A DNA stretch of 64,000 nt from Eledone cirrhosa (taxonomy: Eukaryota), in assembly GCA_964016885.1 (NCBI GenBank), contig OZ024741.1, positions 414,842,001-414,906,000 of the forward strand, read 5' to 3'. The position numbers and the translations under genes were made by a program. Shown here in pieces: positions 9,002 through 24,500 of the stretch; within the stretch, counting starts at the first letter, position 1; every line of letters begins with the position of its first letter. A model generated the notes under the pieces. The model ran no database searches. It was not told where the DNA came from and worked only from the letters and a program-made list of their open reading frames with translations.

Positions 9002-9301
9002 TATAGTGCGTGGCTCGGAGATCAAAAGGTCTGTTCGGGTAGAGCTCCGATGCTATGGACATGTAGTTCGAATGTCTCAGGAAAGAATCGCTGGACAAAT
9101 TTTACGGGCAAAACTAACTGTGAGGAGACAGAGGTAGACCCCGAGCAAGATGGTTGGGGAACATCCATGAGCTTGGCTGGTCTCACTTGGGGATCCAGCT
9201 GGATCAGTTAATGACTGCTTCTTCTGACAGGACCTGCTAGAAGGAGTGTTTAAGGACTCTGGTCCCACGACCATCTCAGGAATATGTAGGTGAAGAAGAA
9301 G
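9002..9301 (+). mobile_element. 3' fragment of a second RTE-type LINE family
   Basis: Homologous to 13636-13931 (CTATGGACATGT..GAATGTCTCAGGAAAGAATCGCTGG..AAGGAGTGTTTAAGGAC). Encodes YGHVVRMSQERI and ends in (GAA)n. Confidence 0.85.
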
Positions 9302-9526
9302 TAATAAAGATATATGTGTATATGTTGAATTTTGACAGTTATGGAATTTGTGTTTGTAATTTCAAGCTATTTATATCGTCAACATATTTGGGGAAACAAA
9401 TTTTCGATTTTATTGCATAATTAAAGTTTTTGAAAGAGCTTAACTTTAAAATGATATCGTATCGCGACAGGTAGAATATTATAGACTTTTATGGATATCG
9501 TATTTTTGATGTGTAATAGTGTTTTA

Positions 9527-9606
9527 TACATACATTCATATAAAGACATACATATATGCATACATACATACATATAAATACATACATACATACATACATA
9601 CATACA

Positions 9607-9638
<32 letters not shown>

Positions 9639-9658
9639 AATACATACATACACATACA

Positions 9659-9690
<32 letters not shown>

Positions 9691-9731
9691 AATGCATACA
9701 TATATGCATAGATATAAATACATACATACAT
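9527..9731. repeat. (TACA)n microsatellite
   Basis: Direct reading. Confidence 0.95.
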
Positions 9732-10084
9732 CTTACAAATTTAACAAATTATTAATATATTTTCAATATATTTACATCTACACCAACACATGAAAGTCGG
9801 ATTAAAACTTGGTTAGGCTCCAAACTTCATAAATCTTGGAGGTCCCCGTTAAAAACAAAAACTTGCCGGTCTCACTAGAAAAAAACTGAAAACACATACC
9901 TGTTAATTATTTTGAGTCTTACAGATTGTGAGATTTCAAGCTCCAGCTTGATTAATTAATGTCTTCTGACATTAATCATGTAATTAAGGAAAATTGCACG
10001 AAGAAGAGTAATTAAAACATGATCAAATTTGAAGTAACAACTGTAAAAATTATTTTTTAAAAATCTGTTCAGTTGTTGTTATGG

Positions 10085-10248
10085 GTTGGCCGAATCAGTA
10101 GAGCGTCGGACAAAATTAGTTGTATTCAAGCTTTGAATATTCTGAGTTCAAATCCCATCAGTTTTGCCTTTTATGCTGTCAGGGTCCGATAAAATAAAGT
10201 TCCAGTCATATACTGGGTCCATATAATGGACTGTAATCTCATAATTAA
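10085..10248 (+). mobile_element. tRNA-derived SINE, degenerate
   Basis: A-box-like TGGCCGAATCAGTAGAGCG and B-box GAGTTCAAATCC (10144-10155), then body TTTGCCTTT..CGATAAAATAAAGTTCCAGT..TACTGGG. Confidence 0.75.
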
Positions 10249-10251
10249 TAA

Positions 10252-11002
10252 ATACACACACATATATACACACACATATATATACACACACATATATACA
10301 CACACATATATATACACATACACATATATATACACACACATATATACACACACATATATACACATACACATATATATATACACTTATATACACACATATA
10401 TATACACACACACATATATATATACACACACATATATACACACATATATACACACACATATATATATACACACATATATATACACACATACATACACACA
10501 TACACATACACACACATATATATACACACACACATATACACACACACACACATATATATATACACACATATATACACATATATATACACACACATATAGA
10601 CACGCACACACGCATATATATACACACACACATATATACACACATATATGCACACACATATATACAAACACATATATATACACACACATCATCATCATCA
10701 TCATCATCATTTTACGTCCGCTTTACCCTGCTTACAAAGGTGTATATTCATACACACACACACATGTATGTGATTGTAAGTGTGTATATGTATATAGGTG
10801 TATATGTGTATGTGTATATATATATATGTGTATTTATAAACATTTATGTGCGTGTATATATATATGTGTGTATGTATATATATATATATGTGTATATATA
10901 TGTGTACACACATATATATTCTATAAATATATGTATATGTACATATATATGTGTGTGTTAGTGTGTGTGTGTATATATATATAAATAACATATACATATA
11001 TG

Positions 11003-11080
<78 letters not shown>

Positions 11081-11265
11081 CATGCACACTAACACATATA
11101 TATACGTGTACATATATTTATAGAATATATATATATGTATGTGTACACATATATATACACAAATATATATACACACAGATATATATATATATATATATAT
11201 AGATATATACATACACACACACATATATATACATATACATATATCTATAGAATATATGTATATGT
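10252..11265. repeat. Long compound (CA)/(TA)/(TG) low-complexity tract
   Basis: Direct reading. It is the source of many spurious HT/YI/CV ORFs. Confidence 0.95.
10687..10740 (-). mobile_element. Very short RTE-type 3' tail remnant with (GAT)n
   Basis: (CAT)n TTTACGTCCGCTTTACCCTGCT resembles the LINE 3' end (CAT)n..TTTAACGTCCATTTTCCACGCT at 1469-1507. Confidence 0.55.
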
Positions 11266-11500
11266 AGAGAGGGGGAGAAAGAGGGAGCTGTTAATAACCA
11301 TTTTCATCTCCAATAAATCAGTTAAAATTTAAATTCGAACTAAAATAGTCATTGATTGGCTCAAATATCCCCAGTTAAGTCCACCTCATCACTTTACATC
11401 ACTTTACATCTCACAGTATATCAATCCTAGATGACATTCTAGATGACATTTCTATACACAACTTCCACACAGGTAAGATGTTATCTCTCTCACCTCTCCT

Positions 11501-12140
<640 letters not shown>

Positions 12141-12332
12141 ATATATATATCTATGTGTGTGTGTGTGTGTCATCTATATATTATACATATGACTTAGTTC
12201 AAAAATGTTCTGAGGGTTTCCCCTTATACTTTATTCCTATTTGATATTTATCTTATTTTTCTTCTGTTAAAATATTCATTATCAGAGATTGTTTAACGTT
12301 TAACTTTACTCACTACCTTACATAAACACATA

Positions 12333-12750
<418 letters not shown>

Positions 12751-13224
12751 ACATGGGGGTCATAGAAATACTGGGTTTGGTGCCCGGGAAGGCAGTTATC
12801 CAACCGGGAGTGAGAGACTCCTGGTCCCTGTTAAGACATCATTCTAGGAGAACGAAAACTGATGTAAAACCTGCGACTGGATGGCAGTCAATGATGTTGA
12901 CCTGGTCTTCCTTTTGGTACCTGTCACCATTGTCCAGAAAATGGTAACATCGTCTGCTATGCCTATCTGAGATGAGCTCAGGGCAACGAAACCATACCAT
13001 ATCACTCACTGTCCATACCACCCCAGAAGACTTCAATAACCCCTACCTATAGAATGTCGCTTCTCTCTATAAATTTTTTACCGCTGCACATTGTTTTTCC
13101 TACGTCCTTCGATTTACTACTTTTCAATCTCGAAATTCTTGTGAAGGTCATAGGAACAGCTCATTCCTTGCTGATCAATCTAATGGGGAAAAAAGCAACA
13201 CTTTTTGTTAGATTTATTGAAGAT

Positions 13225-13931
13225 AGGTACCATGCACTCAGTAAGTTTGATGCCGCGTGCTGTGCGACAGGAATTAAAATCAGTGCTGCGAAAACTGAGA
13301 TGCTCATCCTGTCAAGGAAGCCTGTGCAGTGCACTCTACATGTGAAGGGAGTTCCACTGAAGCCGTGTTCACGAGTTCCACTGGGCCGTGTTCACGAGTG
13401 GTAGGAGGCAGGCGGCTGAATAAAGTGCAAGAATTGCAGGGGCTGGTGCAGTAATGTGCCACCTTCAGCATTCGGTAATCAGAAAAAGGGAGGTTGGTGT
13501 AAAAGCCAAACTCGCTATCTTCAATTCGGTATTCGTTCCAACTCTTTTCTTGAGTAATGACCGAAAGAATACTATCGCGAACACAAGCAGCCAAAATGAG
13601 GTTCCTCCGAAGGCTCTTTGGAGTAACATTACATGATATAGTGCGTAGCTCTAAGATGAGAGAGTCACTCCAGGTAGGGTGCTACTTCTCCGAATTGAGA
13701 GATCACAGCTATGGACATGTGGTTAGAATGTCTCAGGAAAGAATCGCTGGGCAGATTTTACGGGCAAAACCAACCTGCAGAAGACCCAGGGGTAGAATAA
13801 CATCCAATGAGCTTGGCTAGTCACGCTCGTGGGTCCAGCCAGATCAGTTGGAGACGGTTGCTTCTGACAGGAACCGCTGAAAGGAGTGTTTAAGGACGAC
13901 CCTCTCAGGAATAAGTGGAAGAAGAAAAAGA
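13225..13931 (+). mobile_element. Degenerate 3' portion of an RTE (Expander/Rex3-like) LINE
   Basis: Frameshifted peptides GIKISAAKTEMLILSRKP, KAKLAIFNSVFVPTL, MTERILSRTQAAKMRFLRR..GVTLHD.VRSS and YGHVVRMSQERI..RRPRGR match RTE ORF2 C-terminal motifs. GAA-rich tail. Confidence 0.85.
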
Positions 13932-14169
13932 CCATGCTTTGCCTAACGACCTCAACTCGGATAATATTGCGAATGATTTCCTTTAACTAAACTCAATTTG
14001 GGGTGTTTTGCTTTAGGGTCGCATTAAGCAATTTAAACCTTGTAAAGCATATAGTTCTCCAGTTCTGATCACAACCGATTTCTTCCAGAGAGGAAGACGA
14101 AGAATCAGTAAATTTACAATTACACCCATCTTGTGTTGGAAGTGGAAATTATAATTTTGTTTCTTTGGG

Positions 14170-14181
14170 TTTTTTTCTGTT

Positions 14182-14219
<38 letters not shown>

Positions 14220-14405
14220 GTTTGTTTGTGTGTGTGTTTGTTTGTGTGTGTGTGTATGTGTGTTTGTTTGTTTGTGTTTGTGTGTGTGTGTGTGTGTTTG
14301 TTTGTGTGTGTGTTTGTGTGTATGTGTGTTTGTCTGTGTGTGTGTGTGTGTGTATGTATGTTTGTTTGTGTGTGTGTTTGTTTGCGTGTGTATGTGTGTG
14401 TGTGT
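14170..14405. repeat. (TG)/(TTTG) microsatellite
   Basis: Direct reading. Confidence 0.95.
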
Positions 14406-14479
14406 TTTTTAAACGAATCTAACCTTCAAAAACAATCGGCCATTAATCGTTTTTTAAGATAACTTGGTGTGGTGGGGCA

Positions 14480-14745
14480 CTTGGAGTTTAATATTTATGT
14501 TTTTCCTGTAGTTTTCCTGGTGTGTTTTGAACGAATCTGGCTTTCAAAACCGTCGAGAAAATATTCATTCATTTTTTTTTTTTTTTCAATTAGGTTGTGG
14601 CGTGAGGCTTTGTTGGATTTCTCAGGTTTGGAGGGGAAATTTATAGTTTTGTGTTTTGAATGAATAATTTCTGACGGTTTTGAAGGTCATATCGTTTCAA
14701 ATCACAGCAAAACCCACAAGAAAAGCAGAATGTTCACCTCTAACG
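14480..14745. repeat. Old diverged inverted repeat (MITE-like)
   Basis: Arms at about 14480-14570 (TTTCAAAACCGTCGAGAAAATATTCATTC) and 14657-14745 (GAATGAATAATTTCTGACGGTTTTGAA). Confidence 0.6.
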
Positions 14746-14806
14746 CAAAACGGCTGCAATTATAAGAAGTTGTTTCAATACGAGAATACATCTCAATACG
14801 AGAATA

Positions 14807-14942
14807 CATTCTGAGTTCAAATCCTGCCGAGGTTAATTTAACCTTTCATCCTTACGGAGTCAATAAAATAAAGTACCAGTAATACACTGGGTATTTGCTG
14901 GCCTTGAGCTAATAGTAGAAACAATTATTATTATTATTATTA
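14807..14942 (+). mobile_element. tRNA-derived SINE fragment with (ATT)n tail
   Basis: TTCTGAGTTCAAATCCTGCCGAGGTTAA..CCTTTCATCC..AAAGTACCAGT..CACTGGG..GGCCTTG..TAGAAAC(ATT)n. Confidence 0.75.
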
Positions 14943-15587
14943 ATCCTTTCATTACATGAAGGTTGTAGTTTGGTAGAATTGTTAGAGCACCAGAGACATT
15001 TTTTGTGGTATTTATTACACCACTTTTTACAATCTCGCTGAAATCAACTGAGGCTGACTTCATCGACCTGTCGCTCAAATTATTGACCTTCTGCCTAAAT
15101 TTAAAATCATTTTACGCTATATTTTTTTCTTTTCTTTTCAGATTTAAATCATGTTTTATAGTACAGATATTCTTAACCCAAGAAGGGGCCGTTTTTCTGT
15201 GATATGGTAAAATATGATTCCATTTTTCTTGGCAAACATAATTTCGGTATAAAGTTTGAAACAAACTAAATGTAAAATAATAAAAGAGACAACCCCCTCC
15301 CCCCCAAAAGGTGAAACATTTGTAAAAGAGCTTCACCCCTAACTGACCATATATCTAATTAAATACGCTGTACTAGGGTCGACTGACAGTTTATATGTTG
15401 ACCAAAATACTCTAAGGGAATGACCAAATGAGCTTTATTTTTCAACATAGTCTCTGGAAAGAAACAGTACAGTTATTAACAAGAAGAGTTCAAATTAATA
15501 CATGCAAGATTTCACAGCTCTAGCATCACTTTTTCCTCGCAGGCCTATGAACTTCTCTTGTTACGATCTACATTTTAAATAATCGAG

Positions 15588-18500
15588 AATATAGTGAGGT
15601 TTAGTAGAATAAGCTGGGACTGGGAGACAACATAGGTTTCTTACATAATATAGTGTAGTTTAGTAGAATAAGCTGGTACTAGAACACAACATAGGTTTCT
15701 TACATAATATAGTGTAGTTTAGTTGAATAAGCTGGTACTAGAACACAACATAGGTTTCTTACATAATATAGTGTAGTTTAGTAGAATAAGATGGTACTGG
15801 GACACAACATAGGTTTCTTACATAATATAGTGTAGTTTAGTAGAATAAGCTGGTACTGGGACACAACATAGGTTTCTTACATAATATAGTGTAGTTTAGT
15901 AGAATAAGCTGGTACTAGAACACAACATAGGTTTCTTACATAATATAGTGTAGTTTAGTAGAATAAGCTGGTAGTGGGACACAACATAGGTTTCTTACAT
16001 AATATACTGTAGTTTAGTAGAATAAGCTGGTACTGGGACACAACATAGGTTTCTTACATAATATAGTGTAGTTTAGTAGAATACGCTGCTACTAGAACAC
16101 AACATAGGTTTCTTACATAATATAGTGTAGTTTAGTAGAATAAGCTGGTACTGGGACACAACATAGGTTTCTTACATAATATAGTGTGGTTTAGTAGAAT
16201 AAGCTGGGACTGGGACACAACATAGGTTTCTTACATAATATAGTGTAGTTTAGTAGAATAAGCTGGTACTGGTACACAACATAGGTTTCTTACATAATAT
16301 AGTGTAGTTTAGTAGAATAAGCTGGGACTGGGACACAACATAGGTTTCTTACATAATATAGTGAGGTTTAGTAGAATAAGCTGGTACTAGAACACAACAT
16401 AGGTTTCTTACATAATATAGTGTAGTTTAGTAGAATAAGCTGGTACTGGGACACAACATAGGTTTCTTACATAATATAGTGTAGTTTAGTAGAATAAGCT
16501 GGTACTAGAACACAACATAGGTTTCTTACATAATATAGTGTAGTTTAGTAGAATAAGCTGGTACTAGAACACAACATAGGTTTCTCACATAATATAGTGT
16601 AGTTTAGTAGAATAAGCTGGTACTGGGACACAACATAGGTTTCTTACATAATATAGTGAGGTTTAGTAGAATAAGCTGCTACTAGAACACAACATAGGTT
16701 TCTTACATAATATAGTGTAGTTTAGTAGAATAAGCTGCTACTAGAACACAACATAGGTTTCTTACATAATATAGTGTAGTTTAGTAGAATAAGTTGGTAC
16801 TAGAACACAACATAGGTTTCTTACATAATATAGTGTAGTTTAGTAGAATAAGCTGGTACTGGGACACAACATAGGTTTCTTACATAATATAGTGTAGTTT
16901 AGTAGAATAAGCTGGTACTGGTACACAACATAGCTTTCTTACATAATATAGTGTAGTTTAGTAGAATAAGCTGGTACTGGGACACAACATAGGTTTCTTA
17001 CATAATATAGTGTAGATTAGTAGAATAAGCTGGTACTGGTACACAACATAGGTTTCTTACATAATATAGTGTAGTTTAGTAGAATAAGCTGGTACTGGGA
17101 CACAACATAGGTTTCTTACATAATATAGTGTAGTTTAGTAGAATAAGCTGCTACTAGAACACAACATAGGTTTCTTACATAATATAGTGTAGTTTAGTAG
17201 AATAAGCTGGTACTGGGACACAACATAGGTTTCTTACATAATATAGTGTAGTTTAGTAGAATAAGCTGATACTGGGACACAACATAGGTTTCTTACATAA
17301 TATAGTGTAGTTTAGTAGAATAAGCTGGTACTGGGACACAACATAGGTTTCTTACATAATATAGTGTAGTTTAGTAGAATAAGCTGCTACTAGAACACAA
17401 CATAGGTTTCTTACATAATATAGTGTAGTTTAGTAGAATAAGCTGCTACTAGAACACAACATAGGTTTCTTACATAATATAGTGTAGTTTAGTAGAATAA
17501 GCTGGTACTGGGACACAACATAGGTTTCTTACATAATATAGTGTAGTTTAGTTGAATAAGCTGGTACTAGAACACAACATAGGTTTCTTACATAATATAG
17601 TGTAGTTTAGTAGAATAAGCTGGTACTGGTACACAACATAGGTTTCTTACATAATATAGTGTAGTTTAGTAGAATAAGCTGGTACTAGAACACAACATAG
17701 GTTTCTTACATAATATAGTGTAGTTTAGTAGAATAAGCTGGTACTAGAACACAACATAGGTTTCTTACATAATATAGTGTAGTTTAGTAGAATAAGCTGC
17801 TACTAGAACACAACATAGGTTTCTTACATAATATAGTGTAGTTTAGTAGAATAAGCTGCTACTAGAACACAACATAGGTTTCTTACATAATATAGTGTAG
17901 TTTAGTAGAATAAGCTGGTACTGGGACACAACATAGGTTTCTTACATAATATAGTGTAGTTTAGTTGAATAAGCTGGTACTAGAACACAACATAGGTTTC
18001 TTACATAATATAGTGTAGTTTAGTAGAATAAGCTGGTACTGGTACACAACATAGGTTTCTTACATAATATAGTGTAGTTTAGTAGAATAAGCTGGTACTA
18101 GAACACAACATAGGTTTCTTACATAATATAGTGTAGTTTAGTAGAATAAGCTGGTACTAGAACACAACATAGGTTTCTTACATAATATAGTGTAGTTTAG
18201 TAGAATAAGCTGCTACTAGAACACAACATAGGTTTTTTACATAATATAGTGTAGTTTAGTAGAATAAGCTGCTACTAGAACACAACATAGGTTTCTTACA
18301 TAATATAGTGTAGTTTAGTAGAATAAGCTGGTACTGGGACACAACATAGGTTTCTTACATAATATAGTGTGGTTTAGTAGAATAAGCTGGTACTGGGACA
18401 CAACATAGGTTTCTTACATAATATAGTGTAGTTTAGTTGAATAAGCTGGTACTAGAACACAACATAGGTTTCTTACATAATATAGTGTAGTTTAGTAGAA

Positions 18501-21500
18501 TAAGCTGGTACTGGGACACAACATAGGTTTCTTACATAATATAGTGTGGTTTAGTAGAATAAGCTGGTACTGGGACACAACATAGGTTTCTTACATAATA
18601 TAGTGTGGTTTAGTAGAATAAGCTGGTACTGGGACACAACATAGGTTTCTTACATAATATAGTGTGGTTTAGTAGAATAAGCTGGTACTGGGACACAACA
18701 TAGGTTTCTTACATAATATAGTGTAGTTTAGTAGAATAAGCTGGTACTGGGACACAACATAGGTTTCTTACATAATATAGTGTAGTTTAGTAGAATAAGC
18801 TGGTACTGGGACACAACATAGGTTTCTTACATAATATAGTGTAGTTTAGTTGAATAAGCTGGTACTAGAACACAACATAGGTTTCTTACATAATATAGTG
18901 TAGTTTAGTAGAATAAGCTGGTACTGGGACACAACATAGGTTTCTTACATAATATAGTGTAGTTTAGTAGAATAAGCTGGTACTGGGACACAACATAGGT
19001 TTCTTACATAATATAGTGTAGTTTAGTAGAATAAGCTGGTACTGGGACACAACATAGGTTTCTTACATAATATAGTGTGGTTTAGTAGAATAAGCTGGTA
19101 CTGGGACACAACATAGGTTTCTTACATAATATAGTGTGGTTTAGTAGAATAAGCTGGTACTGGGACACAACATAGGTTTCTTACATAATATAGTGTGGTT
19201 TAGTAGAATAAGCTGGTACTGGGACACAACATAGGTTTCTTACATAATATAGTGTAGTTTAGTAGAATAAGCTGGTACTGGGACACAACATAGGTTTCTT
19301 ACATAATATAGTGTAGTTTAGTAGAATAAGCTGGTACTGGGACACAACATAGGTTTCTTACATAATATGGTGTAGTTTAGTAGAATAAGCTGGTACTAGA
19401 ACACAACATAGGTTTCTTACATAATATAGTGTAGTTTAGTAGAATAAGCTGGTACTGGGACACAAAATAGGTTTCTTACATAATATAGTGTAGTTTAGTA
19501 GAATAAGCTGCTACTAGAACACAACATAGGTTTCTTACATAATATAGTGTAGTTTAGTAGAATAAGCTGGTACTGGGACACAACATAGGTTTCTTACATA
19601 ATATAGTGTGGTTTAGTAGAATAAGCTGGTACTGGGACACAACCTAGGTTTCTTACATAATATAGTGTAGTTTAGTAGAATAAGATGGTACTGGGACACA
19701 ATATAGGTTTCTTACATAATATAGTGTAGTTTAGTAGAATAAGCTGGTACTGGGACACAACATAGGTTTCTTACATAATATGGTGTAGTTTAGTAGAATA
19801 AGCTGGTACTGGTACACAACATAGGTTTCTTACATAATATAGTGTAGTTTAGTAGAATAAGCTGGTACTGGGACACAACTTAGGTTTCTTACATAATATG
19901 GTGTGCTTTAGTAGAATAAGCTGGGACTGGGACACAACATAGGTCTCTTACATAATATAGTGTAGTTTAGAAGAATAAGCTGGTACTGGGACACAACATA
20001 GGTTTCTTACATAATATAGCGTAGTTTAGTAGAATAAGCTGCTACTAGAACACAACATAGGTTTCTTACATAATATAGTGAGGTTTAGTAGAATAAGCTG
20101 CTACTAGAACACAACATAGGTTTCTTACATAATATAGTGTAGTTTAGTAGAATAAGCTGCTACTAGAACACAACATAGGTTTCTTACATAATATAGTGTA
20201 GTTTAGTAGAATAAGCTGGTACTGGTACACAACATAGGTTTCTTACATAATATAGTGTAGTTTAGTAGAATAAGCTGGTACTGGTACACAACATAGGTTT
20301 CTTACATAATATAGTGTAGTTTAGTAGAATAAGCTGGTACTGTTACACAACATAGGTTTCTTACATAATATAGTGTAGTTTAGTAGAATAAGCTGGTACT
20401 GGGACACAACATAGGTTTCTTACATAATATAGTGTAGTTTAGTAGAATAAGCTGGTACTGGGACACAACATAGGTTTCTTACATAATATAGTGTAGTTTA
20501 GTAGAATAAGCTGCTACTAGAACACAACATAGGTTTCTTACATAATATAGTGTAGTTTAGTAGAATAAGCTGGTACTGGTACACAACATAGGTTTCTTAC
20601 ATAATATAGTGTAGTTTAGTAGAATAAGCTGCTACTAGAACACAACATAGGTTTCTTACATAATATAGTGTAGTTTAGTAGAATAAGCTGGTACTGGGAC
20701 ACAACATAGGTTTCTTACATAATATAGTGTAGTTTAGTAGAATAAGCTGCTACTAGAACACAACATAGGTTTCTTACATAATATAGTGAGATTTAGTAGA
20801 ATAAGCTGGTACTGGGACACAACATAGGTTTCTTACATAATATAGTGAGATTTAGTAGAATAAGCTGGTACTGGGACACAACATAGGTTTCTTACATAAT
20901 ATAGTGAGATTTAGTAGAATAAGCTGGTACTGGGACACAACATAGGTTTCTTACATAATATAGTGTAGTTTAGTAGAATAAGCTGGTACTGGGACACAAC
21001 ATAGGTTTCTTACATAATATAGTGAGATTTAGTAGAATAAGCTGGTACTAGAACACAACATAGGTTTCTTACATAATATAGTGAGATTTAGTAGAATAAG
21101 CTGGTACTGGGACACAACATAGGTTTCTTACATAATATAGTGTAGTTTAGTAGAATAAGCTGGTACTGGGACACAACATAGGTTTCTTACATAATATAGT
21201 GAGGTTTAGTAGAATAAGCTGGTACTGGTACACAACATAGGTTTCTTACATAATATAGTGTGGTTTAGTAGAATAAGCTGGGACTGGGACACAACATAGG
21301 TTTCTTACATAATATAGTGTAGTTTAGTAGAATAAGCTGGGACTGGGACACAACATAGGTTTCTTACATAATATAGTGTAGTTTAGTAGAATAAGCTGGT
21401 ACTGGGACACAACATAGGTTTCTTACATAATATAGTGTAGTTTAGTAGAATAAGCTGGGACTGGGACACAACATAGGTTTCTTACATAATATAGTGAGGT

Positions 21501-24500
21501 TTAGTAGAATAAGCTGGTACTAGAACACAACATAGGTTTCTTACATAATATAGTGTAGTTTAGTAGAATAAGCTGGTACTGGGACACAACATAGGTTTCT
21601 TACATAATATAGTGTGGTTTAGTAGAATAAGCTGGTACTAGAACACAACATAGGTTTCTTACATAATATAGTGTAGTTTAGTAGAATAAGCTGGTACTAG
21701 AACACAACATAGGTTTCTCACATAATATAGTGTAGTTTAGTAGAATAAGCTGGTACTGGGACACAACATAGGTTTCTTACATAATATAGTGAGGTTTAGT
21801 AGAATAAGCTGGGACTGGGACACAACCTAGGTTTCTTACATAATATAGTGTAGTTTAGTAGAATAAGCTGGTACTGGGACACAACATAGGTTTCTTACAT
21901 AATATAGTGTAGTTTAGTAGAATAAGCTGCTACTAGAACACAACATAGGTTTCTTACATAATATAGTGTAGTTTAGTAGAATAAGCTGCTACTAGAACAC
22001 AACATAGGTTTCTTACATAATATAGTGTAGTTTAGTAGAATAAGTTGGTACTAGAACACAACATAGGTTTCTTACATAATATAGTGTGGTTTAGTAGAAT
22101 AAGCTGGGACTGGGACACAACATAGGTTTCTTACATAATATAGTGTAGTTTAGTAGAATAAGCTGGTACTGGGACACAACATAGGTTTCTTACATAATAT
22201 AGTGTAGTTTAGTAGAATAAGCTGGTACTGGGACACAACATAGGTTTCTTACATAATATAGTGAGGTTTAGTAGAATAAGCTGCTACTAGAACACAACAT
22301 AGGTTTCTTACATAATATAGTGTAGTTTAGTAGAATAAGCTGCTACTAGAACACAACATAGGTTTCTTACATAATATAGTGTAGTTTAGTAGAATAAGCT
22401 GGTACTGGGACACAACATAGGTTTCTTACATAATATAGTGTGGTTTAGTAGAATAAGCTGGGACTGGGACACAACATAGGTTTCTTACATAATATAGTGT
22501 AGTTTAGTAGAATAAGCTGGTACTGGGACACAACATAGGTTTCTTACATAATATAGTGTAGTTTAGTAGAATAAGCTGGTACTGGTACACAACATAGGTT
22601 TCTTACATAATATAGTGTAGTTTAGTAGAATAAGCTGGTACTGGGACACAACATAGGTTTCTTACATAATATAGTGTAGTTTAGTAGAATAAGCTGGTAC
22701 TAGAACACAACATAGGTTTCTTACATAATATAGTGTAGTTTAGTAGAATAAGCTGCTACTAGAACACAACATAGGTTTCTTACATAATATAGTGTAGTTT
22801 AGTAGAATAAGCTGGTACTGGGACACAACATAGGTTTCTTACATAATATAGTGTAGTTTAGTAGAATAAGCTGGTACTGGGACACAACATAGGTTTCTTA
22901 CATAATATAGTGTAGTTTAGTAGAATAAGCTGGTACTGGGACACAACATAGGTTTCTTACATAATATAGTGTAGTTTAGTAGAATAAGCTGCTACTGGAA
23001 CACAACATAGGTTTCTTACATAATATAGTGTAGTTTAGTAGAATAAGCTGCTACTAGAACACAATATAGGTTTCTTACATAATATAGTGTAGTTTAGTAG
23101 AATAAGCTGGTACTAGAACACAACATAGGTTTCTTACATAATATAGTGTAGTTTAGTAGAATAAGCTGGTACTAGAACACAACATAGGTTTCTTACATAA
23201 TATAGTGTAGTTTAGTAGAATAAGCTGGTACTGGGACACAACATAGGTTTCTTACATAATATAGTGTAGTTTAGTAGAATAAGCTGCTACTAGAACACAA
23301 CATAGGTTTCTTACATAATATAGTGTAGTTTAGTAGAATAAGCTGGTACTGGGACACAACATAGGTTTCTTACATAATATAGTGTGGTTTAGTTGAATAA
23401 GCTGGGACTGGGACACAACATAGGTTTCTTACATAATATAGTGTGGTTTAGTTGAATAAGCTGGGACTGGGACACAACATAGGTTTCTTACATAATATAG
23501 TGTGGTTTAGTAGAATAAGCTGGTACTGGGACACAACATAGGTTTCTTACATAATATAGTGTAGTTTAGTTGAATAAGCTGGTACTAGAACACAACATAG
23601 GTTTCTTACATAATATAGTGTAGTTTAGTAGAATAAGCTGGTACTGGGACACAACATAGGTTTCTTACATAATATAGTGTGGTTTAGTAGAATAAGCTGG
23701 TACTGGGACACAACATAGGTTTCTTACATAATATAGTGTGGTTTAGTAGAATAAGATGGTACTGGGACACAACATAGGTTTCTTACATAATATAGTGTAG
23801 TTTAGTAGAATAAGCTGGTACTGGGACACAACATAGGTTTCTTACATAATATAGTGTAGTTTAGTTGAATAAGCTGGTACTAGAACACAACATAGGTTTC
23901 TTACATAATATAGTGTAGTTTAGTAGAATAAGCTGGTACTGGGACACAACATAGGTTTCTTACATAATATAGTGTAGTTTAGTAGAATAAGCTGGTACTG
24001 GGACACAACATAGGTTTCTTACATAATATAGTGTAGTTTAGTAGAATAAGCTGGTACTGGGACACAACATAGGTTTCTTACATAATATGGTGTAGTTTAG
24101 TAGAATAAGCTGGTACTAGAACACAACATAGGTTTCTTACATAATATAGTGTAGTTTAGTAGAATAAGCTGGTACTGGGACACAAAATAGGTTTCTTACA
24201 TAATATAGTGTAGTTTAGTAGAATAAGCTGCTACTAGAACACAACATAGGTTTCTTACATAATATAGTGTAGTTTAGTAGAATAAGCTGGTACTAGAACA
24301 CAACATAGGTTTTTTACATAATATAGTGTAGTTTAGTAGAATAAGCTGGTACTGGGACACAACATAGGTTTCTTACATAATATAGTGTAGTTTAGTAGAA
24401 TAAGCTGCTACTAGAACACAACATACGTTTCTTACATAATATAGTGTAGTTTAGTAGAATAAGCTGGTACTGGGACACAACATAGGTTTCTTACATAATA

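Noticed and set aside
10085-10160. tRNA gene
   Set aside because: A/B-box-like motifs are present but there is no cloverleaf. It continues into a SINE body repeated elsewhere in the window.
15340-15380. Possible Helitron 3' end (TACTAG) just before the satellite
   Set aside because: No GC-rich subterminal hairpin, and CTAG is followed by G rather than T.
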